Origin: Pseudanabaena sp. PCC 6802
GTDB taxonomy: Bacteria; Cyanobacteriota; Cyanobacteriia; Pseudanabaenales; Pseudanabaenaceae
Assembly: GCF_000332175.1 (NCBI RefSeq)
Contig: NZ_KB235914.1
Coordinates: 4,121,793-4,185,792 of the forward strand
DNA length: 64,000 nt
Direction: 5' to 3'
Shown piece after piece: positions 1 to 9,399 of the stretch (the stretch's first letter is position 1; each line of letters begins with the position of its first letter). Below the pieces are notes generated by a model that worked only from the letters and a program-made list of their open reading frames with translations, was not told the DNA's origin and ran no database searches. The position numbers were made by a program, and so were the translations under genes.

Positions 1-786
1 TTAAATAACTGTCTAACTTCTATTTTTGAGAAAACCCAATATGATAACTATGAAGTTTTAGTTATTGATAACGGCAGTACAGAAGCTGAAGCTTTAGAAG
101 TTTTAAAATACTGGAAAACTACAGAAGCAAAGAGGTTTGAGTATAAACATTTAGATATTCCTTTTAACTTTTCTAGAATTAATAACTATGCCGTAAATCA
201 TACAACTGGCGATTATTTGCTATTTCTGAATAATGATACTGAAGTAATTACTTTAGATTGGTTAAATGCAATGGTTGAGCAGGTGCAAAGACAAAGTATT
301 GGTGCAGTTGGTGCTTTACTGTTATATCCTGATGATACTATTCAACATGCAGGTGTAACCGCAGGAGTAGGAGGTGTGGCAGGGCATAGCCACAAATACT
401 TTAAGGCTTATGCAGACGGTTATTTCAGCCAAATTCAAACAATAAATAATTACTCTGCTGTAACAGGTGCTTGCCTAATGTGTCGGCGATCTGTCTTTGA
501 AGAAGTTGGTGGGTTTGAAGAGGAACTTTCTGTAGCCTTTAATGATGTCGATTTGTGCTTCAAGATGGTAGAAAAAGGATATAGAAATATTTACTTACCA
601 CATGTTCGATTATATCATTATGAATCAAAAAGTAGGGGGGCTGATAACATAGGAGAAAAGGAAGTACGTTTTCGTAAAGAAAATTTGTACATGCAAAATA
701 GGTGGAAAGACTTGATAGAGAACGATCCTTGTTATAGTCCTCATCTGACTAGAAAATATGAGGACTTTAGTATTAGGTTGGATTAA
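1..786 (+). CDS. Family 2 glycosyltransferase, 5'-partial (reading frame open from window edge)
   Basis: Frame 1 has no stop from nt 1 (LNNCLTSIFEKTQYDNYEVLVIDNGSTEAE...NNDTEV...HAGVTAGVGG): GT-A fold with DXD-type motifs; the track ORF 217..786 is only the TTG-initiated tail. AT-rich. Confidence 0.75.
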   Translation, partial: LNNCLTSIFEKTQYDNYEVLVIDNGSTEAEALEVLKYWKTTEAKRFEYKHLDIPFNFSRINNYAVNHTTGDYLLFLNNDTEVITLDWLNAMVEQVQRQSIGAVGALLLYPDDTIQHAGVTAGVGGVAGHSHKYFKAYADGYFSQIQTINNYSAVTGACLMCRRSVFEEVGGFEEELSVAFNDVDLCFKMVEKGYRNIYLPHVRLYHYESKSRGADNIGEKEVRFRKENLYMQNRWKDLIENDPCYSPHLTRKYEDFSIRLD

Positions 787-807
787 TAGGGGGATGAGCA
801 ATGAAGT

Positions 808-1767
808 TTATCGATCGCATATCTTTAGTAAAATTCCAAATAAGTGACGTAGGGTGAACCATTTAAGAGAAGGTTGTAGCTGTTTTAAAGATTGAAGGTT
901 AAATAAATTCATAATTTGTGATGCTTCTGAAAACTCTCTGACTCGAAGCCTCCGATAAGTACCAGCTAGGATAAATTGGTGAAAGAAGTTTGATTTACTC
1001 TTCTCTAGAAGATTTTGACCTAACATTCTAGTTACATCTGCTTTTGAAAATAGCCGCAATAGGTCTTCTATTACCTCCTTGTTAAACATAGCTGTAGTTA
1101 GGGCATTTGTGTGGACAGTGTATGCACTGGTTGTGAAAGGTACGCATAATATTCCAAATTTACTAACTAATTGAATCCACATATCTAAATCTGCAATGCC
1201 ACCGATCGCTTCGTCGAAATATCCAACATCTTTAAAGACTTGTCGGCTGATGCATATTGCAGGGAATCGAATAAATGATGAATTGGATAGTAGCCTATAT
1301 AGGGCTTGTTGGGGTTCTAAATATTGTTCGCGTGAAAACTTTTGCCTTTTAATTACTTTTTCTTTATCGTTAACAACATCTACACCAAATAAGAGTACTG
1401 GGTAGGAATGTCTATGTTTCTTGATGCTTTGGAGAATTTTTTTAACGGCGCGATCGCGCAGAAAATCATCATCATGTAGGATCAGAACGTATTCCCCAGA
1501 TGCTAACTGAATTGAGCTGTTCCAATTTTTTGCCATTCCCAATCGGGGTTGGTTGAAAACGTATTTCCAGATTCCCGGCCAGCTAGCTAAAGTTTCCTTA
1601 CTAATTTGACGACACTCATCGGTTGTCGAATCATCTGAGATAATTATTTCTATATCTGATGCAGAACTTAAGTTGGTCAATATTATAGATTCTAAAGCTC
1701 GCTCGAACCATTTTGGGCGATTATAGGCAGGGATACAAATACTGAGTATTGGAGCTGTTTGATTCAT
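808..1767 (-). CDS. Family 2 glycosyltransferase
   Basis: N-terminus LSICIPAYNRPKWFERALESI...IEIIISDDSTTDE is the classic GT2 (GT-A) signature; convergent with the upstream GT2; AT-rich. Confidence 0.8.
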   Translation of the reverse strand: MNQTAPILSICIPAYNRPKWFERALESIILTNLSSASDIEIIISDDSTTDECRQISKETLASWPGIWKYVFNQPRLGMAKNWNSSIQLASGEYVLILHDDDFLRDRAVKKILQSIKKHRHSYPVLLFGVDVVNDKEKVIKRQKFSREQYLEPQQALYRLLSNSSFIRFPAICISRQVFKDVGYFDEAIGGIADLDMWIQLVSKFGILCVPFTTSAYTVHTNALTTAMFNKEVIEDLLRLFSKADVTRMLGQNLLEKSKSNFFHQFILAGTYRRLRVREFSEASQIMNLFNLQSLKQLQPSLKWFTLRHLFGILLKICDR

Positions 1768-1871
1768 CTGTATTTAGCCTGAGCATAACCAGCCTTTAAA
1801 CTATATCATCGAAGACTTTGAAGAATGGCAGCTAGAGAGCGATCGCCATTCCTCAAACCTTCATTAGACAG

Positions 1872-2642
1872 TTAAACTTCAGGCTCAACCCCTAGTGCCC
1901 TTAACTGGGCTTTAAGCATTTCTACTTTCTGCTGCTCCTGCTCCGCGCGCTGACGCTCCTGCTCCGTGCGCTGACGCTCCTGTGCAATCTGCTCCTCTTG
2001 GGTGGGCAACCATACATTATTAGCATCGTACCAACGCAACCAGTCGGACTCTATGCCTTGATAAAACCCATGCCAAATGCCCAGCCCCAATTGCAATTCC
2101 TCAACCCAAAACCTGGCTGCTTCCCTATCTTGTTCGGTATATTTGCCGTTCTGCCATCTGAACTTGCGAAACTCGCTATTACGCTCGTCAAACGTGATAT
2201 AGTGTGGCACTTGCAAAATCTGTTCGTAAACCTCCCACTTAGTTGGAGGACTGCCAAGTTTGCGGACATTTCTCCCTAAATCCTCCGCCTCGGTACCTTC
2301 AGAGATCAACTCCACCACTAGTAAAGGACTCTTGCCTTCGTCCCATAGCACGTAGCTTTGGCGCATTTCTCGATCGCGATACAGTCGAGTCCCGTCCACC
2401 ACCACAAACCAATCGGGGCGTTTGTACCAGTTGAGATGGTCGAGGTCATAGTACAGATTGAGATCGCTGGCGATAAAAATGCGATCGCTCGGATAGTTAG
2501 GCGGCTGACAAGTTTGGCTGAGTACTTGTGGCTGATATAGATGGAATTCGTCAGGCAATCCTGAATCCTCTGGATAGTCGCTAGGCAGATCGTACATTGT
2601 TGGTTGTACTTTGCCTACGAGTGGCTTAATGGGTTGATACAT
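1872..2642 (-). CDS. Uma2-family (DUF820) putative restriction-endonuclease-like protein with C-terminal coiled coil
   Basis: Core LLVVELISEGTEAED...KWEVYEQILQVPHYITFD matches the Uma2 E...D...K motif pattern; QERQRTEQERQRAEQEQQK coiled-coil tail common in cyanobacterial copies. Confidence 0.7.
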   Translation of the reverse strand: MYQPIKPLVGKVQPTMYDLPSDYPEDSGLPDEFHLYQPQVLSQTCQPPNYPSDRIFIASDLNLYYDLDHLNWYKRPDWFVVVDGTRLYRDREMRQSYVLWDEGKSPLLVVELISEGTEAEDLGRNVRKLGSPPTKWEVYEQILQVPHYITFDERNSEFRKFRWQNGKYTEQDREAARFWVEELQLGLGIWHGFYQGIESDWLRWYDANNVWLPTQEEQIAQERQRTEQERQRAEQEQQKVEMLKAQLRALGVEPEV

Positions 2643-2723
2643 TATTGCTTTCTCCTAAGGGATTGAGTTAACCTAATGGCGATCTAAATAAGTAAAGGAT
2701 TGTAGCGATCGCTAAGCAATGTT

Positions 2724-3728
2724 ATGGTGGCTGACTTCGCCGGATGGCTGACCATTTTTTCTCTAGATCCAGCCGCTACGACTCTTGTAACTGCTAGTGT
2801 TATCGATTATATCGTAGGCGATCCGTGGGGATGGCCGCATCCGGTGAGGGTGATGGGATGGACGATCGCGATCGGGACAAAAGTAATATTGCACTACTGT
2901 AAAACTCCGCTAGCTCAGCGAATAGCTGGTGTCTTGCTGGCTATTGGCATTATTGGTGGTAGCGGATTTGTCAGTTGGGGATTAGTGTATCTGGCTTTAC
3001 GAGTCAACTACTGGTTGGGATTCTCTCTGCAATGCATTATGCTAGCTTCCTGTTTCGCTGGCAAGAGCCTTAGGGATGCCGCGATCGCCGTACTTTCTCC
3101 TCTGGAAGCAGGAAATCTCCAACGAGCGAGAGACGCTCTCAGTCTTTACGTGGGTAGAGATACTGAAAATCTCAATGAAGCAGAGATTCTACGAGCTGTG
3201 TTGGAAACTGTGGCTGAGAATTCTACCGACGGAGTTATCGCACCATTATTTTATGCCGCGATCGGTGGATTGCCATTAGCAATGGCTTACAAAGCTGCCA
3301 GCACTCTAGATTCCACGATCGGCTACAAGGAAAATCCCTATACTTACCTTGGGTGGTTTAGTGCCAAATTAGAAGATGTTTTAACCTGGCTACCTTGTCG
3401 CTATACCGTATTGTCCGTTGCAATATTTAGCGGTCACCCTTTAAGAGTCTGGCAAATCTGTTCTCGCGATGCCCCCCAAGATCCAAGCCCTAACTCTGGA
3501 TGGAGTGAATGTGCGTTTGCAGCCGCTCTGCAAGTGCAGCTAGGAGGCATAAATACTTACCGAGGTGTAGCTAAGCACAAGCCACTGTTAGGGAACGCGA
3601 TCGCACCCATAAAACCTGAGACGATTAAGCAGGCACTCCGACTAATGCAGCTCTGTATGTTTTTACTGCTGGCGATCGCTGTGGCTTTGATGGGGGTTGG
3701 GGGTTGGGGTTTAGCATCTGTTCGATAG
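2724..3728 (+). CDS. cobD: Adenosylcobinamide-phosphate synthase CobD/CbiB
   Basis: VIDYIVGDPWGWPHPVRVMG...AENSTDGVIAPLFYAAIGG...GYKENPY motifs typical of CobD/CbiB membrane protein. Confidence 0.85.
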   Translation: MVADFAGWLTIFSLDPAATTLVTASVIDYIVGDPWGWPHPVRVMGWTIAIGTKVILHYCKTPLAQRIAGVLLAIGIIGGSGFVSWGLVYLALRVNYWLGFSLQCIMLASCFAGKSLRDAAIAVLSPLEAGNLQRARDALSLYVGRDTENLNEAEILRAVLETVAENSTDGVIAPLFYAAIGGLPLAMAYKAASTLDSTIGYKENPYTYLGWFSAKLEDVLTWLPCRYTVLSVAIFSGHPLRVWQICSRDAPQDPSPNSGWSECAFAAALQVQLGGINTYRGVAKHKPLLGNAIAPIKPETIKQALRLMQLCMFLLLAIAVALMGVGGWGLASVR

Positions 3729-3791
3729 CCTTCGCATCAAACGCAAGCATTCATCGCAAATGCTAAACCCTTACTATCGGTTCCACTCGAT

Positions 3792-4214
3792 CTAGCGACC
3801 TTGAGCCAATGCGGCTTCGACGCGATCTAACTCGACCAGGACGCGATCGCGTACCTTTTCTGGCACGCTACGTCTGGTACTGCCGTTATAATAGGTAGCC
3901 AAAGCATTAAGAGCGGTGCGCATAGTCGTGTATGAATATAAACCAGCACTTTCGGTGTTGAGATGGTAACGCGCTGCAAAAGCACCAATTTTGGCGCGGG
4001 CATCCGCTTGAGCAGCGGTACGATCTGGTGCATCAGCAGGTAGTTGTACTGTATAGCGCAGGCTTTTGACTACAGCTAGCGTATCTTCGGTGTAATTTCC
4101 TGTTAAACCACCTGGATCGGCAGCACATCCTACTAAGCCGATCGTTGCTACAAGTAGTAGAGCAAGAAAGCGTGGCAATAACCGAGACACAAAATTAGCA
4201 ATACTTTTTTTCAT
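3792..4214 (-). CDS. psb27: Photosystem II assembly lipoprotein Psb27
   Basis: Lipoprotein signal plus LVGC lipobox, LTGNYTEDTLAVVKSLR...YTTMRTALNALATYY matches the conserved Psb27 fold signature. Confidence 0.8.
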   Translation of the reverse strand: MKKSIANFVSRLLPRFLALLLVATIGLVGCAADPGGLTGNYTEDTLAVVKSLRYTVQLPADAPDRTAAQADARAKIGAFAARYHLNTESAGLYSYTTMRTALNALATYYNGSTRRSVPEKVRDRVLVELDRVEAALAQGR

Positions 4215-4578
4215 ACTTTTACAGTTAGTTTCTATCCAATCTTAATAGTCTTGCGCAAATTAAAAACCTCAACCAAAGACGCATTTATTTTTGCGGGATC
4301 GAATGTCATGGTTTCATAACATTTAATTTGGATCGATCCCCGTTGCTAAATTGATTGCATAACTGAGTAGGAGAGGATTTTACCTAGGTATTTACTCACG
4401 TTTGCATATGACAGCAGGCTAAAACTGTTTCAGAAACTCGTGATCGGTGATTGACCGTACAATTATTTTCGGTAAAGAATAGGATCGTTAAGCTTAGTTA
4501 ATAAATAACGATCCAATGCGATCTCTAGCAGTGATTAGCTTTTGGATTGTCGTGCCATCCATACGGAGGTAAAAACCA

Positions 4579-6756
4579 ATGGCTAAAATCAGGCCACCAC
4601 TCGAAGAAATGACTTTGCGCCAATTGCGTAGGGTTGCTCAGGAGTACGAAATTTCCCGCTATAGCCGTATGCGCAAGTCTCAATTGCTTGAGGCTATTTT
4701 GGCAGCAAAAGCTCAGAGGAATGAGTTGCACTCTCTTGGGCATCCCTCCCATCACAATATGGATATGCAAGAGATCGTAGAAGCCAAAAAATTTGATTTA
4801 GGAAGTGAGGAGCCAGTGTCCGTATTATTAACGCAGGTAGATGAAGCTTTAGGCGACCTACCAGGAGGTTATGGGGAAAGTCGGATTGTCCTAATGCCAA
4901 GAGATCCGCAATGGGCCTACGCATATTGGGACATTTCCAACTCTGAAAAAGAGAAAAAACGCCAGCAAGGTGGTCAAAAGCTAGCTTTACGTCTTTATGA
5001 CTCCACCGGGCTGAATTTGGATCGTCAAGTTCCTCACAGCGTTCAAGAATATGGCTGTGATGAGTTAGCTAGGGAATATTATCTGCAAATTCCAGTCAGC
5101 GATCGCGACTATATTGTTGAAATTGGCTATCGCTGTGCTGACGGTCGTTGGCTACCCATAGTTAAGTCGGCATCAGTACGCGTCCCTCCCATGTATCCAT
5201 CCGACTGGGTAGAAGATCATTTCATTACGGTTTCTTGGGAAAAGGGACTGAATGGAGAGAACCTGTTTGCACTGGTATCGCCCGATGGAATGGATACCGT
5301 TAACGAACTCGAGCCAGAGTCTGCCAATACCTTGGAAGCGCAGCACCTTGCAGGGTCCCTCCAGGAGCGATCGCAGATGTCTGGTGCGGGCATGATGGAA
5401 GAATCCGTGAGTTCTTACATTTTCCCATCGGGTATGGGGGCATGGGCTAGCGGCAGTGGCATGTCTGGTGTCGGTGCGTCTGGTGTTGGCACGTCCGGTG
5501 TTGCTATGTCTGGCGTTGGCATGTCCGGTGTTGGTATGTCCGGTGTCGGTATGTCTGGCGTTGGCATGTCTGGCGTTGGCATGTCCGGTGTCGGTATTTC
5601 CGGGGTCGGCATGTCTGGCGTTGGAGTTAGCCTATCCGGTATTGGTATGTCTGGGGTCGGCATGTCCGGGGTCGGTATGTCTGGCGTTGGAGTTAGCCTA
5701 TCCGGTATTGGTATGTCTGGCGTTGGCATGTCTGGCGTTGGTATGTCTGGCGTTGGCATGTCTGGCGTTGGCATATCCGGTGTCGGCATGATGTCCGGTG
5801 TCGGCATGATGTCCGGTGTCGGCATGATGTCCGGTGTCGGCATGATGTCCGGTGTCGGCATGATGTCCGGTGTCGGCATGATGTCCGGTGTCGGCATGAT
5901 GTCCGGTGTCGGTATGTCTGGTATTGGTGTTGGCATGTCCGGTATTGGTTTATCCGGTGTCGGTATGTCTGGTGTCGGCATGTCCGGTATTGGCGTTGGT
6001 ATGTCCGGTGTCGGTATGTCCGGTATTGGTGTTGGCATGTCCGGTGTCGGCATGTCTGGTGTCGGCATGTCTGGTATTGGTGTTGGCATGTCCGGTATTG
6101 GTTTATCCGGTGTCGGTATGTCCGGTGTTGGTATGTCCGGTATTGGCGTTGGTATGTCCGGTATTGGCGTTGGTATGTCCGGTGTCGGCATGTCTGGTAT
6201 TGGTTTATCCGGTGTCGGCATGTCCGGTATTGGCGTTGGTATGTCCGGTGTCGGCATGTCTGGTATTGGCGTTGGTATGTCCGGTGTCGGTTTATCCGGT
6301 GTCGGCATGTCTGGTATTGGCGTTGGCATGTCTGGTATTGGTTTATCCGGTGTCGGTATGTCTGGTGTTGGCATGTCTGGTGTCGGTATGTCTGGCGTGG
6401 GTCTGTATGGGCTTGGCATGTCTGGCATCGGCATGTCTGGCATCGGCATATTCTCTGGATCCGGTGTTCCGCAACGTCCTCGGCAGTTCTGGTTAATTGC
6501 CGATGCCGAGTTGATCGTTTATGGAGCCACAGAACCGGATGCCAATGTTACGATCGCCGGTCGTCCCATTGCCCTTAATCCTGATGGCACTTTCCGTTTT
6601 CACATGTCCTTCCAGGATGGTGTTATTGACTTCCCCATCTTTGCCGTAGCAGCCGATGGCGAACAAAATCGCTCTATTCACATGAAGTTTGAGCGTCAAA
6701 CACCTGAGCGTCGCACTAATACCAAAGAGGCAGCAGTGCCAGAGTGGATCGGATAG
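4579..6756 (+). CDS. Rho_N (Rho termination factor N-terminal) + DUF4912-like protein with giant (MSGVG)n low-complexity core
   Basis: LEEMTLRQLRRVAQEYEISRYSRMRKSQLLEAILAAK is a Rho_N motif; PRDPQWAYAYWDIS block recalls DUF4912; residues about 290-630 are tandem MSGVG/MMSGVG/MSGIGVG units; good SD (GGAGG) 8 nt before ATG. Confidence 0.8.
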   Translation: MAKIRPPLEEMTLRQLRRVAQEYEISRYSRMRKSQLLEAILAAKAQRNELHSLGHPSHHNMDMQEIVEAKKFDLGSEEPVSVLLTQVDEALGDLPGGYGESRIVLMPRDPQWAYAYWDISNSEKEKKRQQGGQKLALRLYDSTGLNLDRQVPHSVQEYGCDELAREYYLQIPVSDRDYIVEIGYRCADGRWLPIVKSASVRVPPMYPSDWVEDHFITVSWEKGLNGENLFALVSPDGMDTVNELEPESANTLEAQHLAGSLQERSQMSGAGMMEESVSSYIFPSGMGAWASGSGMSGVGASGVGTSGVAMSGVGMSGVGMSGVGMSGVGMSGVGMSGVGISGVGMSGVGVSLSGIGMSGVGMSGVGMSGVGVSLSGIGMSGVGMSGVGMSGVGMSGVGISGVGMMSGVGMMSGVGMMSGVGMMSGVGMMSGVGMMSGVGMMSGVGMSGIGVGMSGIGLSGVGMSGVGMSGIGVGMSGVGMSGIGVGMSGVGMSGVGMSGIGVGMSGIGLSGVGMSGVGMSGIGVGMSGIGVGMSGVGMSGIGLSGVGMSGIGVGMSGVGMSGIGVGMSGVGLSGVGMSGIGVGMSGIGLSGVGMSGVGMSGVGMSGVGLYGLGMSGIGMSGIGIFSGSGVPQRPRQFWLIADAELIVYGATEPDANVTIAGRPIALNPDGTFRFHMSFQDGVIDFPIFAVAADGEQNRSIHMKFERQTPERRTNTKEAAVPEWIG
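5440..6450. repeat. About 1 kb hierarchical tandem repeat (15-bp atgtcYggtgtYggY units; 7 perfect copies of 18-bp atgatgtccggtgtcggc at about 5780-5905; 36-bp sub-unit duplicated at about 5617-5716)
   Basis: Direct reading of the sequence; coding in-frame for MSGVG repeats on + strand, produces artefactual PDMPTPD ORF on - strand. Confidence 0.95.
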
Positions 6757-6846
6757 GTCACATCAAAACCTCATCTAGCTAAATCAGCTAATAGCAATGC
6801 GTCCCGACTAGAAGGTTCTGGTCGGGACGTTTGTTCTGTCTACAGC

Positions 6847-7003
6847 TATAGCACTTTTCAATTGAGAACGGGTTTTATTGATGGGGTGAAGGGGTTCCAC
6901 ACGGCAGTGGCTCTAGCAGGGAACCCCCAAGACCGCCCTGCCTCCCCTTCTTGGGGGCAATGCCCCCAAACCCCCTTCTCGTTTTCATCTGAAAACCGCT
7001 ATA
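6847..7003. repeat. MITE-like palindromic element, family A (TIR tatagcRN...NYgctata) with an extra inserted module
   Basis: Shares TIRs and ggggtgaaggggttccac / ttgggggcaatgcccccaa core with 30643..30754; carries an additional about 45-bp block (cacggcagtggctctagcagggaaccccc...) also present in element 12752..12909. Confidence 0.75.
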
Positions 7004-7127
7004 CACTTCGCAACAAAAATTAACAAAAAAATCTCGAAAAAATTACTGAAACAGTAGCTTTAGATACAATTTTATATTAGTATGTTCTTACGAATAAAAA
7101 GTTCACTAACTCATAGAGGAAAAAATT

Positions 7128-7280
7128 ATGTCAGTCAAAGAGCAAGCACGCAAAATGGTAGCCCGTAATCGCAACCAAGATAAATTACGTGAAGAAACAG
7201 TTCTAGGTCGCGCTGCTAACGAAGTAGGTTTATCTACTCAAGAAGCTACTAGCCATAACTGGCACCAACACGTTCACTAA
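7128..7280 (+). CDS. Small hypothetical protein (50 aa, MSVKEQARKMVARNRNQDKLREETVLGRAANEVGLSTQEATSHNWHQHVH)
   Basis: ATG preceded by AGAGGA SD at -9; followed about 80 nt later by a clean intrinsic terminator; below the track's 60-aa cutoff so absent from the ORF list. Confidence 0.5.
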   Translation: MSVKEQARKMVARNRNQDKLREETVLGRAANEVGLSTQEATSHNWHQHVH

Positions 7281-7359
7281 ACTCTTTATTAAAAACACCT
7301 TTACAATAAAGGCTTGATGGGGCAATTGATGCTAACCTCAGTGCAGTCCAATTTAAGCT

Positions 7360-7405
7360 AAAACCCCTGTGGTTCGACTTACGAGCCCAGGGGTTTTGGT
7401 TTGTT
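7360..7405. terminator. Intrinsic terminator hairpin (aaaacccctg...caggggtttt + T-run), bidirectional between the small ORF and rfbD
   Basis: 10-bp perfect stem with A-tract upstream and TTTTGGTTTGTTGTT downstream. Confidence 0.65.
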
Positions 7406-7416
7406 GTTAACGCAAG

Positions 7417-8310
7417 CTATGTATGGGCGATCGCCAGTTGCAGAGACTGTTTCCAATCCGGTAGTTTTAGTCCAAACGTATCGTGCAGTTTGGTATTGTC
7501 GAGGAGCGAATAGGCAGGACGTTTAGCTGGGGTGGGATAGTCAGAAGTATTAATGGGTAGAACTGCTGTGACTGTTTGTTCCGAGCGCTGGGGATCTGCT
7601 TCTAAAATAGCCTGGGCGAATCCATGCCAACTCGTTACTCCACAAGCACTAAGGTGGTAGATACCACTACGATCGTGCAGGAACTCATGTAGATTGCGCG
7701 CTCCTTGCGACAGAATTTGAGCCGTGGCCTCTGCGATCGCTCGACTCCATGTCGGCGCGCCGATTTGATCGCTGACAATACGCAGTTCCGAGCGTTCTCT
7801 GGCTAAGCGCAGAATAGTCAACAAAAAGTTTTTCCCCATCCGGCTGTAAACCCAACTCGTACGCAGGATGAGATGAGGTACACCAGAAGATTGGATGGCT
7901 ATTTCTCCTTCAAGTTTGGTTTTACCGTAGATACCGAGAGGAGCTGTGGGATCGGTTTCTCGATACGGGGTATCGCGATCGCCGCTAAAAACATAGTCAG
8001 TTGAGAAGTGGATAATTCCAGCACCAATTTTTAGAGCTTCTTCCGCCATAATTCCAGGTGCAATGCCGTTAATCGCCATTGCCAAATCTAATTCTGATTC
8101 AGCTTTATCAACGGCAGTATATGCCGCTGGATTAACAATCAAATGGGGCTGAAATTGGCGTATGGCACTGCGGATACTATCTGGATCGCTCAGATCGATC
8201 GCTCTACGATCGACGGGAATAATTTCGCCCAGAGGCAACAGCGATCGCTGTAGTTCCCAACCCACCTGTCCGGTTATACCTGTAAGTAATATTTTTAGCT
8301 GCTGCCCCAT
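7417..8310 (-). CDS. rfbD: dTDP-4-dehydrorhamnose reductase RfbD
   Basis: MGQQLKILLTGITGQVGWEL NAD-binding start, ...FSTDYVFSG...YGKTKLEGE; start chosen at ATG 8310 (GGAGAAA SD upstream) rather than the longer track ORF to 8436. Confidence 0.85.
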   Translation of the reverse strand: MGQQLKILLTGITGQVGWELQRSLLPLGEIIPVDRRAIDLSDPDSIRSAIRQFQPHLIVNPAAYTAVDKAESELDLAMAINGIAPGIMAEEALKIGAGIIHFSTDYVFSGDRDTPYRETDPTAPLGIYGKTKLEGEIAIQSSGVPHLILRTSWVYSRMGKNFLLTILRLARERSELRIVSDQIGAPTWSRAIAEATAQILSQGARNLHEFLHDRSGIYHLSACGVTSWHGFAQAILEADPQRSEQTVTAVLPINTSDYPTPAKRPAYSLLDNTKLHDTFGLKLPDWKQSLQLAIAHT

Positions 8311-8329
8311 ATGTAACCGTTTCTCCGTA

Positions 8330-9202
8330 TTAGTTAACTTCCATCCAGGCAATGCATTTTTGCATTTCTTGGCGCATAGTGGCGCGATCGCTATGATAGC
8401 GACGACCGTGCCCTGGCAATACCCACTCAAAATCATAGTTGGCGAGCCTTTTCATTGACTCTGTCGTTGCCGACCAGGAGTACCAATTCGCGGATCTAAA
8501 TGCGATCAATTGATTCAACCTTGCCGACCACGCTAGATGATCGCCAGAGAAGAGGAACTTGTCTTTATACAACAAAACTGTGTGACCTTTCGTGTGCCCC
8601 GGCACTGTAATAATTAATAGATCTGGTGCTAATTGCAGTGGTTCCGTATCCATCAGTGGCATCTCAATATTGCGAGTGCCTGCACCAATCTCGTCTTGAT
8701 GTAAAATGCGATCGCAACCGAAGCGATCGTGAAATTTCTGATGATCCGCCACATCATCGCGATGGGTTAGATACATGTAGCGAATCCCACCCATACTCTC
8801 TAGCCTTTGCACCAGTGGAGGTGCGTAGCGCGGTGAATCCACTAGAATATTACCTTCCGGTCTTTGGATAAAATAGCTGGCCGCACCGTAGGAACTTTCA
8901 GAATGGAATCCACAATGGTAAACATTTTCAGCAATATGAACTGGGAAGCTTTGCTGTACGGTCAGGATATCTAGCGGTTTCTCTACGGTGCCAATGGAAG
9001 AGGTGGGACAAGAGAGGAGAGCTTGCATTGCCTTCAGCCGTTCTGCTTCGCTCTGGGGTTGGTGGAAAACCGCCGATCGATCGCCATCGCGATGAAATAC
9101 CTCTGGAGCCATCCAGCGACAGGTATCGCAGTCGATACAGGTACTATCGACATAGAGATCGCCGCTGACATTTTGCGATCGCCGCTGTTGTAACTTAGCC
9201 AT
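8330..9202 (-). CDS. MBL-fold metallo-hydrolase with N-terminal ferredoxin-like Cys cluster
   Basis: CIDCDTC...CP four-Cys motif then beta-lactamase fold motifs (HTKGHT, SGDHL). Confidence 0.65.
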   Translation of the reverse strand: MAKLQQRRSQNVSGDLYVDSTCIDCDTCRWMAPEVFHRDGDRSAVFHQPQSEAERLKAMQALLSCPTSSIGTVEKPLDILTVQQSFPVHIAENVYHCGFHSESSYGAASYFIQRPEGNILVDSPRYAPPLVQRLESMGGIRYMYLTHRDDVADHQKFHDRFGCDRILHQDEIGAGTRNIEMPLMDTEPLQLAPDLLIITVPGHTKGHTVLLYKDKFLFSGDHLAWSARLNQLIAFRSANWYSWSATTESMKRLANYDFEWVLPGHGRRYHSDRATMRQEMQKCIAWMEVN

Positions 9203-9399
9203 ACGAAATACTCAAGCTAGATCCTGATGCTAGTATAGCCCTGCGTCCTTGAGGAAATTTCTAGCAAATAAACCACTTTACAGAGGGAATCCCCCCACAA
9301 TCGCCCCAATTGGTTGAGGGCAGAAGGCTCTGCCCCTATCCCCCCTAATAATCCTACAATTATTGGTATATTGGTACGTTTTCTCCTGGGGATTGCGCT

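Noticed and set aside
5415-6449. 344-aa minus-strand ORF encoding (PDMPTPD)n
   Set aside because: It is the antisense reading of the (MSGVG)n tandem repeat and has no start context. The plus-strand gene has the Rho_N domain, a ribosome-binding site and a conserved C-terminus.
5456-6496. Plus-strand alternative-frame ORFs (ACPVLV... repeats) inside the repeat
   Set aside because: These are out-of-frame readings of the same tandem repeat.
8162-8458. 98-aa plus-strand ORF overlapping the rfbD start
   Set aside because: It is antisense to the rfbD N-terminus, which contains the NAD-binding motif.
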